26,230 nt of DNA from a virus, in the UHGV virus genome UHGV-0206901; one strand, given 5' to 3'. A program made the position numbers and the translations under genes. Position 1 is the first letter of the stretch, and every line of letters starts with the position of its first letter. The notes below the pieces were generated by a model. It was not told the DNA's origin. It did no database searches and saw only the letters and a list, made by a program, of their open reading frames with translations. Shown here piece after piece: positions 15,353 to 22,601 of the stretch.

Positions 15353-15706
15353 ATGAAAATTCTGGTATGCGAACCCGGCAAGCACCCCTACGTCAAGGAC
15401 ATCGAGTCGGGGCTGGAGAACCTTCAGCACGAGGTGGACGGACTGATTCAGGCCCTCTACCCATTTTCCGAAGAGGCGGCTGTTGTGTGCAACGAAGAAG
15501 GGCTGTTCCGCGATGACCTCGAATGGAACAGAACGGTCGATCCCTATGGTCCGATCAAGGGAACATTCTTCATTTGTGGGCTCGGCTTTGAAGATTTTAC
15601 AGGACTGACCGATGAACAGATCGAAAAGTACACTAAGCTCTTCTGGCCTCCTGAGCTTTTCATCCCGACACCGAACGGCATGGTGGTGCTTCACATTGTG
15701 GAATGA
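15353..15706 (+). CDS. Hypothetical protein
   Basis: 117 aa, starting at the ATG placed like the other cassette-driven genes; the longer ORF-track frame (14774-15706) reads through repeat and promoter sequence and is probably not all coding. Confidence 0.55.
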   Translation: MKILVCEPGKHPYVKDIESGLENLQHEVDGLIQALYPFSEEAAVVCNEEGLFRDDLEWNRTVDPYGPIKGTFFICGLGFEDFTGLTDEQIEKYTKLFWPPELFIPTPNGMVVLHIVE

Positions 15707-15809
15707 CCGCAACAGGGGCAGGGCTTCGGCTCTGCTCCGCACCATTCCCCGGTCATAATGTACACAACTGAACGCCGAAAAATTCAGAAATGATCGTGAT
15801 TACTCACGC

Positions 15810-15838
15810 TTGATAATGTAGGCAAGAAGAGTTATACT
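15810..15838 (+). promoter_or_regulatory. Sigma-A-type promoter cassette 7 (TTGATA, 17 bp, TATACT)
   Basis: Leader GTGTACAACGGAAGGGCGGAAAGCCCAGCCGAAAACGAAAATGCGGAGG; ATG at 15896. Confidence 0.6.
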
Positions 15839-15895
15839 GTGTACAACGGAAGGGCGGAAAGCCCAGCCGAAAACGAAAATGCGGAGGTACACACC

Positions 15896-16075
15896 ATGAA
15901 AACGAAGCAGGAACTGATCGAGAAGGCAAAGAAAGAGTGGGGCGAGACTTGGAACGAGGGCATGATCGAGTACGATGCCGAGTACAACGAGTACATCGTC
16001 TGGGTAGGCAAGCCGGACATCTACAAAGCCTTCTTCGATGCCGACACCCTCAGATGCATTGGCACGAAGTGCTGA
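15896..16075 (+). CDS. Small hypothetical protein
   Basis: 59 aa; GGAGG 7 nt upstream; lysine/glutamate-rich. Confidence 0.45.
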   Translation: MKTKQELIEKAKKEWGETWNEGMIEYDAEYNEYIVWVGKPDIYKAFFDADTLRCIGTKC

Positions 16076-16130
16076 GAACAACCGCCGCCCTTCGGGGCGG
16101 CACAACACCAATACTAAGGAGGACATTTAC

Positions 16131-16403
16131 ATGAGCGAGAACACAGAAAAGCGCGATGCAGCCGAAGAACTAGAACTTACCGATGCACAGGCAGACCGCA
16201 ACGATGACATCTACGAGGCAGCTTTTGAATTCTGCAAGGTGCTGACCGAGAACCCCGACCTCGAATGGGACATGGCGTTCCTCGGTGAGATCGCCGACCT
16301 TGCCGCTGGCATCATGACCGAGCAGGGACACAAGGTGCGGTTCCCCAGTGTGGTCACCGAGCAGGACGGCACGCAGTACATTGAAGAATACTACGGCGGC
16401 TGA
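16131..16403 (+). CDS. Small acidic hypothetical protein
   Basis: 90 aa; AAGGAGG 7 nt upstream; preceded by the GCCGCCC ttcg GGGCGGC hairpin (16083-16100); ends ...YIEEYYGG. Confidence 0.5.
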   Translation: MSENTEKRDAAEELELTDAQADRNDDIYEAAFEFCKVLTENPDLEWDMAFLGEIADLAAGIMTEQGHKVRFPSVVTEQDGTQYIEEYYGG

Positions 16404-16604
16404 TCGGCAAAACGGAGCAGTCCTTCTGCGGAGGGGCTGTTCCACGCCACGTTCGCTTGTGTGGGGGGCTTACGGCTTTCTGCGGATATCTTGCCCCGCG
16501 ATAAAAGCCGCCCACACGGCGCATTTGTGTGCCTCCTGCGGCAAGGCATAATATGTACAACAACCGACAAAAAATCGCCTTGCACATTCTGGTAGTTTAG
16601 CCGC

Positions 16605-16633
16605 TTGATATATCTGCCGAAAAGAGTTATAGT
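16605..16633 (+). promoter_or_regulatory. Sigma-A-type promoter cassette 8 (TTGATA, 17 bp, TATAGT)
   Basis: Leader GTGTACAACGGAACGGGAAACCGAGCCGAAAACTACGAAAGAACGAGG; ATG at 16690. Confidence 0.55.
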
Positions 16634-16689
16634 GTGTACAACGGAACGGGAAACCGAGCCGAAAACTACGAAAGAACGAGGTAAACACT

Positions 16690-16926
16690 ATGTGGCACGA
16701 AGGCACGATTCTGGCACCGACCAAGGAAGGCAAGACGGTGGTTCACTACTGGGCAAAGGTCTACGACGAGGGCAGCCAGTACGGCATCAACGAGGGCAGA
16801 ATCAGTAAACTAACACTCAAGGAGAATGGCAAGGTCATCTACAACTACGACAGAGGCGAGGATGTACCCGAGCAGAACGAGGCTGCGAAGATTGCCCTTG
16901 CGATCCTGATGTACGAGTACAAGTAA
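16690..16926 (+). CDS. Small hypothetical protein
   Basis: 78 aa ORF downstream of cassette 8. Confidence 0.5.
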   Translation: MWHEGTILAPTKEGKTVVHYWAKVYDEGSQYGINEGRISKLTLKENGKVIYNYDRGEDVPEQNEAAKIALAILMYEYK

Positions 16927-17014
16927 ATAGAACGGTCGGTGGGCGGTAGCATTAAGCCGCCCATCCAAACCAAGACGGACACACATATAAATTCAAGGTG
17001 GATATACATAGGAG

Positions 17015-17044
17015 AGGCTTGCAGCACGCAGGCCTTTTCTTTAT
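17015..17044 (+). terminator. Intrinsic terminator between the accessory island and the packaging genes
   Basis: AGGCTTGC agcac GCAGGCCT (8 bp, one G-U) followed by TTTTCTTTAT; ends about 30 nt before the terS start. Confidence 0.6.
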
Positions 17045-17074
17045 GCAGATTTTTTGAGAAAAGGAGTGATGCGG

Positions 17075-17548
17075 ATGGCTCAGAGAGGCAGAAAACCGAC
17101 GCCGACAGCAATCAAGGAACTGGAAGGCAATCCGGGCAAGCGTCCGCTGAATGATGCAGAGCCGAAGCCGGAACGCAAGGCACCGCCCTGTCCGAAATGG
17201 CTGGAGCCCGAAGCAAAAAAGGAATGGCGCAGGCTGTCAAAGCAACTGGAGCAGATTGGTGTGCTGACCGAGGTCGATCAGGCGGCATTCGCATCCTACT
17301 GTCAGGCATACGCACGATGGAAAGAAGCCGAGGAATTCATGACACAGCACGGCACGATCGTGAAAACAAAATCAGGTTACTGGCAGCAGGTGCCGCAGGT
17401 ATCCATTGCACAGACCTATCTGAAGATCATGAATAAGATCGCAGAACAGTTCGGTCTGACTCCTGCCGCAAGAAGCAGGATCACCGCAGGTGCGGATATG
17501 AAGGACGCTGCCGTTGACGATATGGATGAACTTCTCGGAGGTGACTGA
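17075..17548 (+). CDS. terS: Terminase small subunit
   Basis: AAGGAG 8 nt upstream of the ATG at 17075; 157 aa; basic N-terminus (RGRKPTPTAIKELEGNPGKRP) and overall pattern typical of P27-family small terminases; sits directly upstream of, and overlaps, the large terminase. Confidence 0.8.
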   Translation: MAQRGRKPTPTAIKELEGNPGKRPLNDAEPKPERKAPPCPKWLEPEAKKEWRRLSKQLEQIGVLTEVDQAAFASYCQAYARWKEAEEFMTQHGTIVKTKSGYWQQVPQVSIAQTYLKIMNKIAEQFGLTPAARSRITAGADMKDAAVDDMDELLGGD

Positions 17549-20214
17549 TGGCGAGAACGGCAAAGGCAAGAGAAAGACCTGCCAACTATCCGAAACTGAA
17601 GGATTATAAACCGACACGCTTTATGCTGCCGGAATCGCACTACGATGCGGCAAAGGCTGACCGAGCTGTGCGGTTCATCGAGAATCTCTGCCATACCAAA
17701 GGACGCTGGGCAGGAAAGCCGTTCTGGTTGCTGCCGTGGCAGGAACAGATCATCCGGGATATTTTCGGCATCGTCAAAGAGGATGATACCCGCCAATTCC
17801 GCACAGCTTATGTCGAAATTCCAAAGAAAAATGGGAAGCAGCTTGCACTGGATACACCGATCCCGACTCCGCAGGGATTCACCAATATGGGAGATCTGAA
17901 GGTCGGAGATACAGTATTCGATGAAAACGGCATTCCGTGCCATGTGGTTGCGAAAAGTCCTGTGGATGATACAGAGCAAGCCTACAAGCTGACCTTCAAG
18001 GACGGCAGCTCGATCATCGCCGGAGAACGGCATCTGTGGAACTGTCAGTATATTTACGGCAAACGCAAGGATGTTCTCTGGACGACCGGCGAGATCTATC
18101 GCAGGACTTCAGAATACAGACGGCGATTCTCAGACCGACCGCAGTCAAAGCGGGATTCTCTGATCCGAATTCCGGTGTGCGGTGTCCTTCAGACAGAAGC
18201 GGCAGTTTTACCGATTGATCCGTATCTGTACGGCTACTGGCTCGGAAACGGTAATGTGACCATGCCGGAGATCACTGTTCGGACGGAGGATGTCGAGGAT
18301 ATCATCTCGAATATTCCGTATAAGGTACACAACCGTTATCCGCAGAAATGCGGCGGCAGTGAGATCATAAAGTACAATGAACTGAAAGCAGTACTACTTG
18401 ACAGCTTCCGTGAAAAGAAGATCCGACCAGAATATCTGAGGGCATCCGCAGAGCAGAGATGGGCATTACTGCAAGGGCTTATGGATTCGGACGGCTGTAT
18501 CGGTGAACGCAAAGGGCAAAGTGTGTATGTCACAACGCTGCGAGAGCTGGCGCTTTCCGTCAGAGAACTGCTGTGGTCGCTCGGTATCAAAAATGCAGTG
18601 AAATGTGAGCCTTCTACTCGGCATGGGTGGCCGACTGGAGAGATTTTGTATATCGTCCGGTTTACTACCTTTGACGATCAGCCGACATCAAGACTGAAAC
18701 GAAAGTACACACGCACACGGGCGCGGGTGAAAGAAACTCGCTCCTGTTTTCATTATTTACTGGACATTCAGCCTGTGGATCATCCTGTGAAAATGCAGTG
18801 TATTCAGGTGGATAGTCCTAGCCACCAATATCTTGCTGGAACATCGTTTGTGCCTACGCACAACAGTGAGCTTGCAGCCGCAATTGCGCTGTATCTGCTC
18901 TACGCTGACAACGAGCCATCCGCCGAGGTCTACGGTGCTGCCGCCGACCGACAGCAGGCATCCATTGTATTCGATGTCGCCAAAAGAATGGTTGAGATGA
19001 CACTGGCACTTCTGAAACGCTCAAAAATCATGGCGGCGACAAAGCGTCTGGTGAATTACAGCAATGTCGGTTTCTATCAGGTGCTTTCGGCGGAGGTCGG
19101 AACAAAACACGGTCTGAATGTATCTGGGCTTGTGCTTGACGAGCTTCATGTTCAGCCGAACCGTAATCTTGTGGACGTTCTCACAAAGGGATCCGGTGAT
19201 GCCCGTACTCAGCCGCTGTACTTCCTGATCACCACAGCCGGCACTGACCGAAACAGCATCTGCTATGAATACCACACCAAGGCAAAAGACATCCTCGAAG
19301 GGCGGCGTATCGATCCGTCATTCTATCCTGTCATTTACGGTCTGGATGACGGCGACGACTGGAATTCAGAGGAATCGTGGTACAAGGCAAATCCGTCTCT
19401 CGAATACACAATTACCATAGACCGTGTGCGGGATGCCCATCGTGAAGCACTGACAAATCCTGCGGAAGAAAATGTATTCCGTCAGCTTCGTCTTGATCAG
19501 TGGGTTGGCAGTGCGGTTGCATGGGTGCCGGAGCATATCTACGACAAAGGCAATATACCAATCAATCCGGAGTCTCTGTACGGACGCGAGTGCTATGCAG
19601 GACTGGACCTTTCCAGTACATCTGATATCACGGCATTTGTTCTGGTATTCCCACCGTTGTATGAGGGTGATAAATACATCGTTGTACCCCACTTCTGGCT
19701 GCCGAGGGAAACACTTGACCTGCGTGTACGGCGAGACCATGTTCCCTACGATGTATGGGAGCGCATGGGGCTATTTCATATCACCGAGGGCAATGTGGTG
19801 GACTACAACTTCGTGCGGAAAACGATCAATGAGCTGCACACGATGTATAACATCAAGGAAATTGCAGCAGACCGCTGGAATGCCACACAGCTTATCACCG
19901 ACCTGCAGGGTGACGGTTTTACCGTTGTCCCGATGGGCATGGGCTTCAAGGATATGTCGCCACCGATGAAGGAGCTTTACAAGCTGCTGCTTGAGGGCAA
20001 GTTTATCCATGGCGGAAATCCTGTCCTGCGATGGATGGCAGGAAATGTGGTCGCTGAAATTGACGCGGCGGAAAATATCAAGCCGTCCAAGAAAAAGTCT
20101 ACAGAGAAAATTGACGGCATCGTAGCATGGATCATGGCACTTGACCGCTGCATCCGCCACGAAATGCAGGGCAGTGTCTATGACGAACCCGGCCACGATC
20201 TTGTGGTCATCTGA
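17548..20214 (+). CDS. terL: Terminase large subunit, interrupted by an in-frame intein at the Walker A (P-loop) site
   Basis: 888-aa ORF; N-extein ends ...EIPKKNGK and C-extein begins SELAAAIALYLLYADNEPSAEVYGAAADRQQ, which together rebuild a canonical PKKNGKS P-loop; C-terminal nuclease-domain-like region; followed by the portal gene. Confidence 0.92.
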   Translation: MARTAKARERPANYPKLKDYKPTRFMLPESHYDAAKADRAVRFIENLCHTKGRWAGKPFWLLPWQEQIIRDIFGIVKEDDTRQFRTAYVEIPKKNGKQLALDTPIPTPQGFTNMGDLKVGDTVFDENGIPCHVVAKSPVDDTEQAYKLTFKDGSSIIAGERHLWNCQYIYGKRKDVLWTTGEIYRRTSEYRRRFSDRPQSKRDSLIRIPVCGVLQTEAAVLPIDPYLYGYWLGNGNVTMPEITVRTEDVEDIISNIPYKVHNRYPQKCGGSEIIKYNELKAVLLDSFREKKIRPEYLRASAEQRWALLQGLMDSDGCIGERKGQSVYVTTLRELALSVRELLWSLGIKNAVKCEPSTRHGWPTGEILYIVRFTTFDDQPTSRLKRKYTRTRARVKETRSCFHYLLDIQPVDHPVKMQCIQVDSPSHQYLAGTSFVPTHNSELAAAIALYLLYADNEPSAEVYGAAADRQQASIVFDVAKRMVEMTLALLKRSKIMAATKRLVNYSNVGFYQVLSAEVGTKHGLNVSGLVLDELHVQPNRNLVDVLTKGSGDARTQPLYFLITTAGTDRNSICYEYHTKAKDILEGRRIDPSFYPVIYGLDDGDDWNSEESWYKANPSLEYTITIDRVRDAHREALTNPAEENVFRQLRLDQWVGSAVAWVPEHIYDKGNIPINPESLYGRECYAGLDLSSTSDITAFVLVFPPLYEGDKYIVVPHFWLPRETLDLRVRRDHVPYDVWERMGLFHITEGNVVDYNFVRKTINELHTMYNIKEIAADRWNATQLITDLQGDGFTVVPMGMGFKDMSPPMKELYKLLLEGKFIHGGNPVLRWMAGNVVAEIDAAENIKPSKKKSTEKIDGIVAWIMALDRCIRHEMQGSVYDEPGHDLVVI
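17839..18864 (+). mobile_element. Intein (~342 aa) with an embedded double-motif LAGLIDADG homing endonuclease, inside terL
   Basis: Block A-like LALDTPIPT...GDLKVGDTVF; block B GERHLW; two LAGLIDADG motifs (LYGYWLGNGNV and LLQGLMDSDGCI); terminal ...FVPTHN followed by Ser +1. Confidence 0.8.
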
Positions 20215-20229
20215 CAGGAGGTAATGTTT

Positions 20230-21612
20230 ATGAGCTTTTTAAGCTGGCTCGGCATCAGCAAGCCGAGAGATGCGCCGATGCTGCCTGATATTCAGGACAA
20301 TGTCCGTGATTCTGGAAATCTGTTCGTATTCGGCATGACGCACAGCGGTGAACGTGTCGATGAGCGCACGGCGATGCAGATCGTGACTGTTTACGCCTGT
20401 GTTCGACTGCTCTCCAACACCATCGCAGGACTGCCGCTGCACCTATACAGATACACCGGCAAGGGCGATGATAAGGAATTAGCCATTGACCATCCGCTGT
20501 ACAAAATACTCTATCGGCAGCCGAATCCCGAAATGAGTTCATTCTCGTTCTGGGAAGCACTGATGTGCCACCTTTTACTATGGGGCAACGCCTATGCACA
20601 GATTGTCCGGGACGGCAAAAACGGCATCCTCGGTCTCTATCCCCTGCTTCCCGAAAATGTCGAGATCGACCGTGATCCGAAATCCGGCGACCTGATCTAC
20701 ACTTACCACGCCTACACCGACGAAAAGCCCGGTGAGCATGACAAGGATATTATCTTCCGCAGGGATGAAATCTTACACATCCCCGGTCTGGGATTCAATG
20801 GACTGGTCGGTTTCTCACCGATAGCGATGATGAAAAATGCACTCGGTGCGGTCATGGCAGTAGAGCGATACGGCAGCGCCTTCTTCAAAAACGGAGCGCA
20901 GCCTGCCGGAGTTCTCGAACATCCGGGCGTGCTGAAGGATCCGCAGAAGATCCGCGACAACTGGACAAAGGCATACGGCGGCGCACGGAACGCACACCGC
21001 ATCGCAGTCCTCGAAGAAGGTATGCAGTATAAGCCAATCTCCCTGCCGCCGGAGGATTCGCAGTTTCTGTCCACAAGAGAATTCGATGTGGAGGAAATCT
21101 GCCGGATGTTTCAGGTTCCGCCGCATCTGGTACAAGACCTCAAACGCAGTACCTTCAATAACATCGAGCATCAGGGTATTGCATTTGTGCAGTATTCTCT
21201 TATGCCGTGGATCATTCGCATCGAAAAGGGCATCATGAAAGACCTTCTTCTGGAGGAAGAACAGAATGTATATTTCCCGAAATTCAATGTGGACGGTCTG
21301 ATGCGCGGCGACTACCAGAGCCGAATGAACGCCTACGCTATCGGTGTCGGCAACGGCTTTATGTCGCCCAATGATGTGCGCCGTCTTGAAAATATGGACT
21401 TGATCCCTGACGATCAGGGCGGCAACGACTACTACCTGAACGGCTCGTATAACAAGCTGGAGGATGCAGGTGCGGCATATGCTCTGAATCAGCCGCAGGA
21501 ACAGCCGGATACCGAGGAACAGGATGAGCCGGACGAGAATCCGGGCGAAGAAACCGATGACAGATTCCTGCGAAAAAAGCGCAGGAAGAAATACAAGAAT
21601 GGGGGTATGTAA
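20230..21612 (+). CDS. Portal protein (HK97-like family)
   Basis: AGGAGG 8 nt upstream of the ATG at 20230; ~460 aa; position immediately after terL; sequence features typical of HK97-type portals; acidic C-terminus. Confidence 0.88.
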   Translation: MSFLSWLGISKPRDAPMLPDIQDNVRDSGNLFVFGMTHSGERVDERTAMQIVTVYACVRLLSNTIAGLPLHLYRYTGKGDDKELAIDHPLYKILYRQPNPEMSSFSFWEALMCHLLLWGNAYAQIVRDGKNGILGLYPLLPENVEIDRDPKSGDLIYTYHAYTDEKPGEHDKDIIFRRDEILHIPGLGFNGLVGFSPIAMMKNALGAVMAVERYGSAFFKNGAQPAGVLEHPGVLKDPQKIRDNWTKAYGGARNAHRIAVLEEGMQYKPISLPPEDSQFLSTREFDVEEICRMFQVPPHLVQDLKRSTFNNIEHQGIAFVQYSLMPWIIRIEKGIMKDLLLEEEQNVYFPKFNVDGLMRGDYQSRMNAYAIGVGNGFMSPNDVRRLENMDLIPDDQGGNDYYLNGSYNKLEDAGAAYALNQPQEQPDTEEQDEPDENPGEETDDRFLRKKRRKKYKNGGM

Positions 21613-22545
21613 ATGGAAAAGTTCTGGAATTGGATCCACGATGACAGCAGCGGCAGAGTTCTTCGTCTCGAAGGTCCTATCGACTCGGAGAGCTTCTGGG
21701 GTGATGAAATTACGCCGCAATCTTTCCGCGATGAACTGTATGCCGAGGAGGGTGACATTACACTTTGGCTGAATAGTCCAGGCGGCAATGTGTTCGCAGC
21801 AGCAGAAATTTACACGATGATACGTGATTATCCGCACAGGGTAACGATAAAAATCGCAAGCATTGCAGCATCGGCGGCGAGCGTGATTGCTATGGCAGGA
21901 AATACTGTGCAGATGTCTCCGACCGCACTCCTGTTCGTGCATGATCCGTCCACAATTGCGATGGGAAACGCCAAGGACATGGAAAAAGCCATCGCAACAC
22001 TGAATGAGGTCAAAGAGAGCATCATCAACGCATATGCCGCAAAAACCGGACTCAGCAGAAACCGCATCAGCAAGCTCATGTCGGACGAGACATGGATCAA
22101 TGCGAAAAAGGCAGTTGAGCTGGGCTTTGCAGATGAGATTCTGTTCGATGAAAAGTCCAAACCGGACAAGAAGGATGAGCCTGACGATCCGGAGGAGGAT
22201 AAGCCCGAAAAGCCCGACGAGGAAGGCGGTGACGAGGACGGGGATGAAAAGAAGGAAACAGAAAAGAAGCCGTTCAAACTAGAATCCGGCGATGCCCTTT
22301 GGCAGTACAGTACCCGTATCATGGGGCAGACCATCTTGGGAAAGATCACCGCTTCCGCAGCACACGAAGGCACAGAGCCGCCCGATGACGGCAAGGCAGA
22401 TGATGCCCAGAAACCTTCCGAGGAATGGCTGACCGCACCGACAGTTACAGTGCCGGATATGCCTGTGATCGGCATGGACGGTAAAACCGCAGACGGCGCA
22501 ATGCCGTATGAAATTCTGAAACAGCAGCTTGCATTTTTGAGATAA
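21613..22545 (+). CDS. ClpP-family prohead (head maturation) protease with a C-terminal extension
   Basis: LWLNSPGGNVFAAAEIY and IASIAASAASVIAMAG (Ser nucleophile region) plus LLFVHDPS (His) match the ClpP/S14 fold; positioned between portal and capsid; ~130-aa acidic C-terminal extension. Confidence 0.85.
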   Translation: MEKFWNWIHDDSSGRVLRLEGPIDSESFWGDEITPQSFRDELYAEEGDITLWLNSPGGNVFAAAEIYTMIRDYPHRVTIKIASIAASAASVIAMAGNTVQMSPTALLFVHDPSTIAMGNAKDMEKAIATLNEVKESIINAYAAKTGLSRNRISKLMSDETWINAKKAVELGFADEILFDEKSKPDKKDEPDDPEEDKPEKPDEEGGDEDGDEKKETEKKPFKLESGDALWQYSTRIMGQTILGKITASAAHEGTEPPDDGKADDAQKPSEEWLTAPTVTVPDMPVIGMDGKTADGAMPYEILKQQLAFLR

Positions 22546-22601
22546 GGCTGGCTGTATTTTTATGCGACACCGGATTTTATCCGGAGAAATGGAGAAAAGA
22601 T

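Noticed and set aside
14741-15745. 334-aa ORF on the minus strand with repeated NAPC..AAFRRGKL-like segments
   Set aside because: The repeated peptide segments come from the non-coding DNA repeat family, and different copies fall in different frames (compare minus ORF 16391-16585), so conservation is at the nucleotide level.
13150-16560. CRISPR-like array, considered because of repeated intergenic units
   Set aside because: Repeat units are long, irregularly spaced and heterogeneous, and each is followed by a promoter and a protein-coding gene rather than a short spacer.
17548-20214. terL as a disrupted gene or pseudogene because the P-loop is split
   Set aside because: The reading frame is continuous, and the insert has intein splicing blocks and a homing endonuclease, so an intein is the simpler explanation.
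20815-21942. 375-aa ORF on the minus strand
   Set aside because: Antisense to the portal and protease genes, which have clear family features and ribosome-binding sites; no independent support.
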